Shown here one piece after another: positions 22,997 to 31,388 of a stretch of DNA of 64,000 nucleotides (within the stretch, counting starts at the first letter, position 1; every line of letters begins with the position of its first letter). Source of the DNA: Acidimicrobiales bacterium (GTDB taxonomy: Bacteria; Actinomycetota; Acidimicrobiia; Acidimicrobiales; WLNW01); contig DATLFA010000061.1 in NCBI GenBank assembly GCA_035525225.1, forward strand, positions 128,180-192,179, written 5' to 3'. The notes under the pieces were generated by a model. It was not told the DNA's origin. It saw only the letters and a program-made list of their open reading frames with translations, and searched no databases. Position numbers and translations under genes: made by a program.

Positions 22997-23736
22997 TACA
23001 CAGGCACGACGTCGAATGCGACGACAACGCTGTTGGGCGGCGCGCTGCGGAACTCCGTACTCGCGACGCCGTCGACCAGCGCGCCGATGGTGTTGACTCG
23101 CAACTCGACCGCGAGGCGCCCCCGCTTCGCGATCGCGGCAGTGTCGCCGATCGGGGTGACCGTGAGTCCGATGCGTTCGAGTTCTTCGGTGAGATTCGTC
23201 ATCACGACCAGTGCGGGCACCGACGTCGTGACGAAGTGCGCCCGCTGGCCGCGGTCGTATCGCATGTCGTGATCGGACAACGTGAGCGGCACCAATTCGC
23301 ACGGCATCTCGATGCCGGCGATCACCTGGCCGACGGTCACCGGCGCGGCGGCCGCACGAGCGATGGTGGCCACGCTCGACGGCGCGGGGGACGAGGTGGG
23401 CGCGACCGCGATGGTCGGCGGTGCGGCGGCGGGGGTGCGAGTTGGTGCGGGCGGTGCCGGCGTCGGTGCAGCGGGTGCCGGTGCCGCCGCGACCGCGATG
23501 GCGTCGTCGATCACCTCGGCGGCCTCGACCTCGGCGGCCTCGACCTCTGCGGCCTCGGTGGCGGCAGTGGCAGCAGCCGCGGCGCTGTCGTGGAGCGCGA
23601 CGCGCATCGCCTCGCGACGGATCCGACGCTCACGCCGCCGCCGGATGGACCGGCGCACGAGGATGACCACCGATGCGAGAAACCACATCCAGAACAGGAT
23701 CGCGATGACGACCATGGCAATCCCATCGGCATCCAA
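22996..23736 (-). CDS. Hypothetical membrane-anchored protein with an Ala/Pro-rich linker
   Basis: Track ORF of 246 aa. Start is TTG at 23736 or ATG at 23715. N-terminal helix VVIAILFWMWFLASVVILV, then a basic patch, low-complexity AAEVEAAEVEAAEV...APAPAAPTPAPPAP, and a C-terminal globular domain with no family I recognise. Confidence 0.55.
   Translation of the reverse strand: MDADGIAMVVIAILFWMWFLASVVILVRRSIRRRRERRIRREAMRVALHDSAAAAATAATEAAEVEAAEVEAAEVIDDAIAVAAAPAPAAPTPAPPAPTRTPAAAPPTIAVAPTSSPAPSSVATIARAAAAPVTVGQVIAGIEMPCELVPLTLSDHDMRYDRGQRAHFVTTSVPALVVMTNLTEELERIGLTVTPIGDTAAIAKRGRLAVELRVNTIGALVDGVASTEFRSAPPNSVVVAFDVVPV
23513..23557. repeat. In-frame 15-nt x3 minisatellite inside the hypothetical gene (encodes AEVEA repeats)
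   Basis: ACCTCGGCGGCCTCG appears twice, followed by ACCTCTGCGGCCTCG. Confidence 0.85.
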
Positions 23737-23772
23737 ACGGACCCGATCAAGTATTTCCTCCGCCCGATTTCA

Positions 23773-23845
23773 CCCCCGCCTCCGGTTCTTGTGTTATTCG
23801 ATGTGTGTCGATGCTCGTCGAATAACACGAGAACGGGCGGGGAGG
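23773..23845 (+). promoter_or_regulatory. Long imperfect inverted repeat in a divergent intergenic region, extending into the SD of the downstream gene
   Basis: Core arms GTGTTATTCGA (23791-23801) and TCGAATAACAC (23818-23828) pair perfectly. The stem extends to ~17 bp (TTCTTG / CGAGAA) and then imperfectly out to the GGAGG at 23841-23845. The loop is 16 nt. Confidence 0.5.
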
Positions 23846-23858
23846 TAGGTTCGCGGAG

Positions 23859-24746
23859 ATGACGTCCTTCCTGGCCACGATGGCGGCCCACGGCGCCGCC
23901 GCCTCCGGCGACGACCTCCCCGACTTGGGCATCTGCACGTCGACGCTGCGCGCCGACCCGTTTACGTGCACGCCCGACGATCTGCAGTCGATCATCACCG
24001 CCTCGGGCCTCGCCGGGTTTCACACGGCCTCGTTGTGGCGCATGCACTATGAGATGGCCAAGGCCGGCGGCCTGCGTGACGGCGACTTGCTGCAGTGGCT
24101 CGCCGAGGCCGAGGTGTCGGTGCTCGTCGTCGAAGCCGGCGTCGAGTGGGCCAACGGCGTGAGCGAGGCGCTCACCGACGAGGCCGACGCGCTGTTCGCG
24201 CTCGCGCACCTCGTCGGCGCGACGCATCTGCTCGCGGTGACGATGAACGAAGGCGAACTCGACCTCGCGGCCGGCCGCGCCGGGCTGGCGGCATTCGCCG
24301 ACCGCGCCGCCGATGCCGGGCTCTCGTTGTCGATCGAGTGGTTGCCCTGGACTGTGTTGCCGACGTTGTCCTCTGCATGGCAGCTGATCGAATCGGTCGA
24401 CCGGGCCAACGTGGGTTTGGTCTTCGACAACTGGCACTGGCTGCGTCAACCCGGCGGACCGCAGCCCGATGTGTTGCGCACGATTCCCGGCGAACGGTTG
24501 CACTTGCTGCAATTGTGCGATGCACCCGCGGTCGCTGACGGTCCCATGCTCGAGGAGACGATGACGCGCCGGCTGTTGCCGGGTGAAGGTGCGACCGACT
24601 GGGCCGAACTGGCGCAAGTGTTCGGCGAGATCGGCGCTCGCCCGATCATCGCGCCCGAGCCGTTCAACACGGCGCGTGCCGCGCAGGGCCCCACGGTCTA
24701 CGCGCACGCCATCGCCGAAGCCACTCGGCGACTGCTCGTAGGTTGA
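23859..24746 (+). CDS. Sugar phosphate isomerase/epimerase (xylose-isomerase-like TIM barrel)
   Basis: Track ORF of 295 aa. The overall pattern (LSIEWLPW, VGLVFDNWH, LLQLCD) resembles AP-endonuclease-2/xylose-isomerase-like TIM barrels. Confidence 0.65.
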   Translation: MTSFLATMAAHGAAASGDDLPDLGICTSTLRADPFTCTPDDLQSIITASGLAGFHTASLWRMHYEMAKAGGLRDGDLLQWLAEAEVSVLVVEAGVEWANGVSEALTDEADALFALAHLVGATHLLAVTMNEGELDLAAGRAGLAAFADRAADAGLSLSIEWLPWTVLPTLSSAWQLIESVDRANVGLVFDNWHWLRQPGGPQPDVLRTIPGERLHLLQLCDAPAVADGPMLEETMTRRLLPGEGATDWAELAQVFGEIGARPIIAPEPFNTARAAQGPTVYAHAIAEATRRLLVG

Positions 24747-24759
24747 CCGGCGAGTCCTC

Positions 24760-26115
24760 GTGGCCGACAATCTCTTTGCATCGGCTGCGCGCGACGAACT
24801 GAGCCGACGCGCACCGCTTGCGGCGCGTATGCGACCGACAACGCTCGACGAGATCGTCGGACAAGACCATCTGTTGGGTCCCGGCAAGCCGCTGCGGGTG
24901 TTGATCGAGCGCGATCGCCTGTCGTCGGCGATCGTGTGGGGTCCGGCCGGTACCGGCAAGACGACGTTGGCCAACGTCATCGCGCGCGCCACGGCAAAGG
25001 CGTTCGTGGCGCTGTCGGCGGTCACCGCGACGGTGAAAGACGTGCGCGAAACAGTGGCCGTTGCGCAGGACCGCCTTGGCCAGCACGGTCAGGGGACGAT
25101 CTTGTTCCTCGACGAGGTGCATCGATTCAACAAGGCGCAACAAGATGCGCTGTTGCCCGCGGTCGAGTCGGGCGTCCTCGTACTGATCGGCGCCACGACG
25201 GAGAATCCCTTCTTCGAAGTGAACCCGCCGCTGCTGTCTCGCTCGACGCTGTTCCGGCTCGAACCTCTCGACGACGATGCCATCGCCGAATTGTTGCGGC
25301 GCGGCCTGGCACTCGAGCGCGCGACGGTCACCGAGGAGGCCCTCGCCCATCTGATCACCATCGCGAATGGCGACGGACGGCACGCGCTCACGACACTCGA
25401 AGTGGCCATCGTGCTCGCGTCGTCGCGCCCGTCGACCGCGGCGCGTGCGGAGACTGCGGCTACCGTGGTCGAATTGGTCGATGCCGAGGCCGCGGCGGGT
25501 GCCAAGTCGCTGCGCTATGGCGAAGACGAGCACTACGACGTGATCAGCGCGTTCATCAAGAGCATTCGCGGCTCTGATGCCGACGCGGGGCTCTACTGGT
25601 TGGCGCGCATGCTGGAAGCCGGTGAGGACGCCCGCTTCATTGCTCGCCGCCTTGTGATCCTGGCCTCAGAAGACATCGGCATGGCCGACCCGACGAGCTT
25701 GTTGATTGCGAATGCAGCAGCGCATGCGATCGAGTTCGTCGGGTTGCCCGAGGCGCAACTCAACCTGTCCCAGGCGGTGGTGCATCTCGCGACCGCGCCG
25801 AAGTCGAATCGGTCGTACCTCGCGCTGTCCCGCGCCCAAGAAGCAGCGAAGCGAACGCGCGGTGCCGGCTTGGTGCCCGGCCATCTCCGCGATGCGCATT
25901 ACAAGGGAGCGGCCAAGCTCGGACACGGCAAGGGCTACGTCTATCCGCACGACGATCCGACAGGTTGGGTCGCGCAGAACTATCGTCCCGCCGAAGTGGC
26001 AGACGACGTGTACTACGAACCGTCCGACCACGGGCACGAATCAGTGATCGCGGAGCGCCTCGGTGCTCGGCCACCACGCAACAGCGGTGAGGGGATCAGC
26101 GATGAGCGCCATTGA
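24760..26115 (+). CDS. rarA: Replication-associated recombination protein A (AAA+ ATPase)
   Basis: Track ORF of 451 aa. RMRPTTLDEIVGQDHLLG, Walker A GPAGTGKTTLA, ILFLDEVHRFNKAQQDALLP and the MgsA C-terminal motif HYDVISAFIKSIRGSD. Confidence 0.9.
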   Translation: MADNLFASAARDELSRRAPLAARMRPTTLDEIVGQDHLLGPGKPLRVLIERDRLSSAIVWGPAGTGKTTLANVIARATAKAFVALSAVTATVKDVRETVAVAQDRLGQHGQGTILFLDEVHRFNKAQQDALLPAVESGVLVLIGATTENPFFEVNPPLLSRSTLFRLEPLDDDAIAELLRRGLALERATVTEEALAHLITIANGDGRHALTTLEVAIVLASSRPSTAARAETAATVVELVDAEAAAGAKSLRYGEDEHYDVISAFIKSIRGSDADAGLYWLARMLEAGEDARFIARRLVILASEDIGMADPTSLLIANAAAHAIEFVGLPEAQLNLSQAVVHLATAPKSNRSYLALSRAQEAAKRTRGAGLVPGHLRDAHYKGAAKLGHGKGYVYPHDDPTGWVAQNYRPAEVADDVYYEPSDHGHESVIAERLGARPPRNSGEGISDERH

Positions 26116-26578
26116 CGTTGCGGCGGTCGTCGCGATCGTGTTGTGCCTTGCCGGCGCGGCCTTATTCGCGATCATGGTCCGCCGCATGGTCCGGGCATTG
26201 CGCGACCTCGACGCACTCGCCGAGAGCCTGCGCGTCGAGGCGGTGCCGCTCGTGAGCAACCTCCGGGCCACGGTCCGTCAAGCAGGCGACGATCTGGATC
26301 GAGTCGAGGCGGTGCTCGGCAAGGCCGAGACCATCGCGACCACCGTCGATGCCGCGTCGCGGCTGACCTACCGGGCGTTGCGGCCGCCGCTGGTGAAGAC
26401 GATGGCGTTCATGTCGGGGGCCGGTCGCGCCACCCGGCGGCTGCGGGGCCTGGAAGCCAAGGCGATCGAGGCCAAGGCGATCGACGCGAAAGCCATCGGC
26501 GCGAAGGCCGGCGACAGCACTCGGCGTGAGCAGAACCCACCGCGCCGAACCCGCCGCCGGCGCCGTGGGCGGCGATAG
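26102..26578 (+). CDS. DUF948-like membrane-anchored protein
   Basis: ATG 26102 lies inside track ORF 26063..26578 and overlaps the rarA end. One N-terminal helix is followed by coiled-coil-like LRDLDALAESLRVEAVPLVSNLRATVRQAGDDLDRVEAVL and a basic tail. Confidence 0.65.
   Translation: MSAIDVAAVVAIVLCLAGAALFAIMVRRMVRALRDLDALAESLRVEAVPLVSNLRATVRQAGDDLDRVEAVLGKAETIATTVDAASRLTYRALRPPLVKTMAFMSGAGRATRRLRGLEAKAIEAKAIDAKAIGAKAGDSTRREQNPPRRTRRRRRGRR
26453..26512. repeat. In-frame 15-nt x4 minisatellite (EAKAI EAKAI DAKAI GAKAG) in the DUF948 gene tail
   Basis: Units: GAAGCCAAGGCGATC, GAGGCCAAGGCGATC, GACGCGAAAGCCATC, GGCGCGAAGGCCGGC. Confidence 0.85.
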
Positions 26579-26591
26579 GCGTCTTTCCCCT

Positions 26592-26661
26592 GCCAATGTG
26601 ACCAGCGGCGGATTATCGCCGCCAATGTGACCAGCGGCGGATTATCGCCGCCAATGTGACT
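26592..26661. repeat. R1 element: 29-nt unit GCCAATGTGACCAGCGGCGGATTATCGCC, 2.4 tandem copies
   Basis: Identical copies at 26592-26620 and 26621-26649, with a partial third copy at 26650-26661. Each holds a small hairpin (CGGCGG-ATTA-TCGCCG) and ATGTGA. A related array lies at 34369-34426. Confidence 0.9.
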
Positions 26662-26672
26662 AGCCTGGTCGG

Positions 26673-26981
26673 ATGCCCAAGAGAGCGTTCTGGACCGTTG
26701 TCGGGTACGGCGCGGGTATCGCTTCCACGGTCATGGTCAAGCGCCGGGTGCGGCGCACGGTCAATCGTTATGCGCCGTCGGAGGTGCGCAGCGCCGTTAC
26801 TGCAAGAGGTACCGACGTCGTCGACCGCGCCAAGCGAGTCACCACCGAGATCCGCGCCGCAGCCGACGAAGGACTGCGGGCAATGCGGATTCGACGGCAG
26901 GAACTCGATGACGAATTCGTGCTGCCGAGCGAGATCCAGACGAGTGATCTCCGCCAGCCCGGTCGAATAGGCAATCGATAG
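26673..26981 (+). CDS. Small hypothetical protein with one N-terminal hydrophobic helix
   Basis: Track ORF of 102 aa. FWTVVGYGAGIASTVMV is followed by a charged helical region. It has better codon bias than the overlapping ORF 26656..26970. Confidence 0.55.
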   Translation: MPKRAFWTVVGYGAGIASTVMVKRRVRRTVNRYAPSEVRSAVTARGTDVVDRAKRVTTEIRAAADEGLRAMRIRRQELDDEFVLPSEIQTSDLRQPGRIGNR

Positions 26982-27010
26982 CTCCACCGAGCGCCCTACA
27001 ATCTGCGGTC

Positions 27011-29578
27011 GTGAACGCGAACGAGTTGCGCCGCGCTTTCGTCGATTTCTTCGTGAGCAGGGAGCACCACCACGAGGCTTCGGCGAGTCTCATCCCGCAT
27101 GACCCGACATTGCTCTTCACCGTCGCGGGTATGGTTCCGTTCAAGCCGTACTTCCTGGGCGACGAGGTCGCGCCATGGCCACGGGCGGTCACGGTGCAGA
27201 AGTGCGTCCGCGCCGGCGGCAAGCACAACGACCTCGACGAGATCGGCCACACGTCGCGCCACCTGACGTTCTTCGAGATGCTGGGCAACTTCAGCTTCGG
27301 CGACTACTTCAAAGAGCGGGCCATTCCGTACGCGTGGGAGTTCGTCACTCGGACCCTCGGTCTCGACCCTCACCGACTCTGGGTCACGGTGCATGTCAGC
27401 GACGACGACGCAGCCGAGATCTGGCGCGACGTGGTGGGCGTGCCCGCCGAGCGCATCCAACGTCTCGATGAGGACAATTACTGGCGCATGGCCGACACCG
27501 GTCCGTGTGGGCCATGCTCGGAGATCTTCTGGGACAAGGGCCCGGCCTACGGCGCCGATGGTGGCCCGGCGCACGGGGGCGCCGAGCGGTTCGTCGAGAT
27601 CTGGAACCTCGTGTTCATGCAGTTCGATCAACGCGCCGACGGCACGTTGGTCCCATTGCCCCGGCCGAGCATCGATACCGGGGCCGGCCTCGAGCGCATC
27701 TTGGCGGTATTGCAGGACGTCGATTCGGTGTGGGACACCGAGGAGTTCCAGCAACTGCTGGCGGTCGCGTCGCGTCTCGCCGGCCGGCGCTATGGGTCCG
27801 AACCCCGCTCTGACGTGTCGCTGCGCATTCTCGCGGACCACGCGCGCTCGACGGCGTTCTTGGTGAACGACGGCGTGTTCCCTTCGAACAACGATCGCGG
27901 CTACGTGCTGCGGCGAATCATGCGGCGCGCGATCCGTCACGCCTACATCGTGGGGATCGAAGAGCTGGTGTTGCCCGCGATGATCGACTCGGTCGTCGAC
28001 ATCATGGGCGCCGACTATCCGGAGCTGGCGAAGAATCACGATTTCATCCGTGAGGTCGCGCAGCGCGAAGAAGAGCGGTTCCGCCAGACTTTGAAGACCG
28101 GCTCGGGCATCCTCGATGTCGAGCTCGATCAACTCGCGGCCGCGGGTGGGACCACGTTGTCCGGTGCTGTCGCGTTCCTCCTCCACGACACCTACGGGTT
28201 CCCGCTCGAGGTCACGCAAGAAATCGTCGCTGAACGCAATCTGACCGTCGACAACGACGGCTTCGCGAGTGCGATGCAACAGCAACGCAAGCGTGCAAAA
28301 GATGCGCGCAAGGTCGAAGGGGGCACCGTCGACCTCGAGCCCTATCTCGACGTGCTCGCCACGTTCGGGCCGACAGAGTTCGTCGGCCGCGATCACTACG
28401 AGATCGAAAGTCGTGTGCTGCATGTCGACGACACCTCGATCGTGCTCGATCGCACTCCGTTCTACGCAGAGTCCGGCGGTCAGGTCGGCGATACGGGCAC
28501 CATCACCGGTCCCTCGGGTGTCGTCCGCGTCATCGACACGCAGTCGATTGCGGGCGCCTTGAGCCGTCACATCGTCGAACCCGTCGACGGCCACATCGAA
28601 GTCGGCCAGACCGTGATGGCTTCGATCGACGCCGAGCGGCGCGATGCCATCCGCCGTCACCACACCGGTACCCACATCTTGCATTGGGCGTTGCGCACCG
28701 TGCTGGGCGAACACGTGAAGCAGCAGGGTTCGTACGTGGGTCCCGACCGCTTGCGCTTCGATTTCTCGCACTACCAAGGTCTGACCGACGTCGAGATCCG
28801 CGCCATCGAAGACCTCGCCAATCACGAAGTGTTGGCCAATGCGCGCGTGCGCCACTACGAAACCACCAAGGACAACGCCGAGCAGCTGGGCGCCATCGCA
28901 TTCTTCGGCGACAAGTACGGCGATATCGTGCGCGTGCTCGAAGCGGGGGAACGGTCGCTCGAGCTGTGTGGCGGCACGCATGTGCGCGCACTGGGCGACA
29001 TCGGTCCGATGAAGATCGTGTCCGAGGGTTCGATCGGCTCCAACATCCGCCGCCTCGAGGCGATTGCCGGATTCGGACCCATCGATCGCCTGCGCGACGA
29101 AGAAGCGACGCTCGCGCGTGCGGCCGAGCTCGTCGGTGTGCCTGCGGGCGAGCTGGTCCAGGGCATCGAGAAGCGTCTCGCGGAGAACAAAGAGCTCGCG
29201 GCTGAATTGCGGCAACTGCGCCAGCAACTCGCGTCGGCCGGTGCCGGCGAACTCGCGGCGCAGGCGATCGACGGCATCGTCGTGGCCCGTCACGACGGCG
29301 TCGATCGCGACGCACTGCGCGACCTCGCGTTCGCGGTGCGCGACCAACCGGGTGTGCGTGCAGTGATCTTGGGTGGAGCGCCCGAGGGCGGCGGCGCGGC
29401 GCTGGTCTCGGCCGTGGCCAAAGGCTCGGGACTTCACGCCGGCGAACTGATTGCCGACGCGGCCAAGCTCATCAAGGGCGGAGGCGGCAAGGGCGCCGAC
29501 TTCGCGGTTGCCGGTGGCAAAGACGCCGCGGGCATCGACGCGGCGTTGGCGGCCGCGCGCGCCGCGACAGGGCTGTGA
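27011..29578 (+). CDS. alaS: Alanine--tRNA ligase
   Basis: Track ORF of 855 aa. FTVAGMVPFKPYF, RAGGKHNDLDEIGHTSRHLTFFEMLGNFSFGDYFK and the editing-domain HTGTHILHWALR...CGGTHV. Confidence 0.95.
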   Translation: MNANELRRAFVDFFVSREHHHEASASLIPHDPTLLFTVAGMVPFKPYFLGDEVAPWPRAVTVQKCVRAGGKHNDLDEIGHTSRHLTFFEMLGNFSFGDYFKERAIPYAWEFVTRTLGLDPHRLWVTVHVSDDDAAEIWRDVVGVPAERIQRLDEDNYWRMADTGPCGPCSEIFWDKGPAYGADGGPAHGGAERFVEIWNLVFMQFDQRADGTLVPLPRPSIDTGAGLERILAVLQDVDSVWDTEEFQQLLAVASRLAGRRYGSEPRSDVSLRILADHARSTAFLVNDGVFPSNNDRGYVLRRIMRRAIRHAYIVGIEELVLPAMIDSVVDIMGADYPELAKNHDFIREVAQREEERFRQTLKTGSGILDVELDQLAAAGGTTLSGAVAFLLHDTYGFPLEVTQEIVAERNLTVDNDGFASAMQQQRKRAKDARKVEGGTVDLEPYLDVLATFGPTEFVGRDHYEIESRVLHVDDTSIVLDRTPFYAESGGQVGDTGTITGPSGVVRVIDTQSIAGALSRHIVEPVDGHIEVGQTVMASIDAERRDAIRRHHTGTHILHWALRTVLGEHVKQQGSYVGPDRLRFDFSHYQGLTDVEIRAIEDLANHEVLANARVRHYETTKDNAEQLGAIAFFGDKYGDIVRVLEAGERSLELCGGTHVRALGDIGPMKIVSEGSIGSNIRRLEAIAGFGPIDRLRDEEATLARAAELVGVPAGELVQGIEKRLAENKELAAELRQLRQQLASAGAGELAAQAIDGIVVARHDGVDRDALRDLAFAVRDQPGVRAVILGGAPEGGGAALVSAVAKGSGLHAGELIADAAKLIKGGGGKGADFAVAGGKDAAGIDAALAAARAATGL

Positions 29579-30024
29579 CGGGCCCGAGCGGGCAGACCGG
29601 TGGCCGGGCCATCGGTCTCGACCTCGGCGCCAAGAGAATCGGCGTCGCGGTCAGCGACTCCGATCGCACGGTGGCCACGCCCATCGAGGTGGTCACCCGA
29701 AGCCGCGATATGGCCCGTGACCGCCTGCGCATCGGTGAGATCGTGCAGGAGTGGGAGGCAACGACGGTGGTCGTCGGTCTCCCGCTGTCACTGTCGGGCC
29801 AGGTCGGACCAGCCGCAAAGGCCGCCCTGGCCGAGGTCGAGGCCCTTCGTGCCACCCTCCGCGTGCAGGTCGAGACCTACGATGAGCGGCTGAGCACGCT
29901 CACCGCCGAACGGAGCCTGATGGAGCAATCGCTACGCGCGCCGGCGCGCCGCCGTGTCGTCGACAAGGTGGCTGCGGCCGTGATGCTCCAGGCATGGCTC
30001 GATCGGGGCCGGTCGAGATCATGA
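29575..30024 (+). CDS. ruvX: Holliday-junction resolvase-like RuvX (YqgF)
   Basis: Track ORF of 149 aa. The GTG overlaps the alaS stop (GTGA). GLDLGAKRIGVAVSD and DERLSTLTAE are YqgF motifs. Confidence 0.9.
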   Translation: MTGPSGQTGGRAIGLDLGAKRIGVAVSDSDRTVATPIEVVTRSRDMARDRLRIGEIVQEWEATTVVVGLPLSLSGQVGPAAKAALAEVEALRATLRVQVETYDERLSTLTAERSLMEQSLRAPARRRVVDKVAAAVMLQAWLDRGRSRS

Positions 30025-31388
30025 GCGACGACGACGGTTCCCGCAATCCTCGGCCCGCACCTCGCGGCGACACCGACACCGACATCGACACCGACACGGG
30101 CACGCCGCTCCAGAGCGAACCCGCGCCCAAGGCCAAGCCCACGCGGCAGCGGGCCACGCGCACGGTGGTGGACGCGGGCTCGAGCGGCCCTTCAGAGCGG
30201 AAAGCGGGCCCGAGCGACCCTTCGGAGCGGGCCAGAACGCGCCCGCAGCACAGCGCGCCGACGGCAGAAGGGACCACGGTCGCGGACGCCCGCCTGGCCG
30301 ACGTGGCCATCGACTACGCCGAAGATGGCTGGGTCGTGTTGCCGCGGCGCAGTTCCCGACAGCGCCGCATCCTCACCGCCGTGGCGTGCACGGCGATCAT
30401 CGGCCTCGTCGGCGCTGGCCTCGTGTGGCGGTGGGTGCAACAGCAGGTCCACCCGCCCGGTCCCGAAGGCGCGCCGATCGAGTTCACGATTCAATCAGGC
30501 TCGTCGACGAGTGAGATCGCCGCCGACCTCGCGCGTGAGGACATCATCGGGAATCCGACGATCTTCCGGATGTGGCTGAGCCGCAATGGAGGCGGGGTTT
30601 TCCAGGCGGGCATCTACGACATGCGCAAGAACATGGACTTCGCCGACGCGGTCGCGGTGCTGCGCGGCCCGGCGCGCGCGGTCACCGAGTTCCGGGTCAC
30701 GGTGCCTCCTGGTCTCACCATCAATCAGATAAAAGGCAAGCTGCTGGCGCAGTTGCAGCAATTCAACGGCACAGAGCTCGACGCGGCCTTGGCCAGTCCT
30801 GACGTGGCACTGAAGTGGGCGCCACCGACCGCGACGAATCGTGAGGGGATCTTCTTCCCCGATACGTACAACCTCGACGAGCGCACGGCGTCCGACGAGC
30901 TCGGCCTGCTGGTGCGCATGCGCGACGAGACCGAAAGGGTAGCCACCGAACTCGACATCGAGGGCCGTTCCGCGGCGCTCGGCGTGACGCCATGGCAGGT
31001 GCTCATCGTCGCCTCCTTGATCGAGCGCGAAGCAAAGGTCGACCCCGACCGGGCGAAGATCGCGCGCGTCATCTACAACCGCTTGTATCTCGATACCGAG
31101 CTGCAGATCGATGCCACCGTGCTGTACGCGGTCAACAAGGATCGAGGGCTGACGCTCAACGATCTCACCGTCGACAGCCCCTACAACACCTACAAGGTCA
31201 AAGGGCTGCCACCAACGCCGATCGCGGCGCCCAGTCGCAAGTCGATCGAGGCCGCGTTGAATCCCGCCGACGGCCGGTGGTTTTGGTACGTGCTCACCGA
31301 CGAGGGCGGTGCTCACACCTTTGCCGAGACCGAAAGGGCGTTCCTCGCGGCCAAAGAGATCTGCGAACGCAAAGGGCTCTGTGGATGA
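30021..31388 (+). CDS. mltG: Endolytic murein transglycosylase MltG (YceG-like) with a long disordered N-terminus
   Basis: ATG 30021 overlaps the ruvX stop (ATGA), inside track ORF 29994..31388. A transmembrane segment ILTAVACTAIIGLVGAGLVW is followed by ASLIEREAKV and SPYNTYKVKGLPPTPIAAPS. Confidence 0.9.
   Translation: MSDDDGSRNPRPAPRGDTDTDIDTDTGTPLQSEPAPKAKPTRQRATRTVVDAGSSGPSERKAGPSDPSERARTRPQHSAPTAEGTTVADARLADVAIDYAEDGWVVLPRRSSRQRRILTAVACTAIIGLVGAGLVWRWVQQQVHPPGPEGAPIEFTIQSGSSTSEIAADLAREDIIGNPTIFRMWLSRNGGGVFQAGIYDMRKNMDFADAVAVLRGPARAVTEFRVTVPPGLTINQIKGKLLAQLQQFNGTELDAALASPDVALKWAPPTATNREGIFFPDTYNLDERTASDELGLLVRMRDETERVATELDIEGRSAALGVTPWQVLIVASLIEREAKVDPDRAKIARVIYNRLYLDTELQIDATVLYAVNKDRGLTLNDLTVDSPYNTYKVKGLPPTPIAAPSRKSIEAALNPADGRWFWYVLTDEGGAHTFAETERAFLAAKEICERKGLCG
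30174..30230. repeat. R2 element, two tandem copies (30-nt period), in frame inside the mltG N-terminal region
   Basis: GCGGGCTCGAGCGGCCCTTCAGAGCGG at 30174-30200 and GCGGGCCCGAGCGACCCTTCGGAGCGG at 30204-30230. They encode GSSGPSERK and AGPSDPSER. Confidence 0.9.

Noticed and set aside
26592-26661. The 29-nt repeats, a CRISPR-like repeat length, as a CRISPR array.
   Set aside because: The units abut directly with no spacers. There are only 2-2.4 copies per locus and no cas genes in the window.
26656-26970. The 104-aa ORF starting at the GTG of the last R1 unit as the gene downstream of the array.
   Set aside because: Its translation is Ser/Arg/Pro/Cys-rich and shadow-like. The overlapping ORF 26673..26981 has a transmembrane helix, an amphipathic charged region and better third-position GC.
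30068-30100. The GACACC hexanucleotide run (DTDTDIDTDTGT) in the mltG N-terminus as a distinct element.
   Set aside because: It is simple low-complexity coding repeat in a disordered region and has no counterpart elsewhere in the window.
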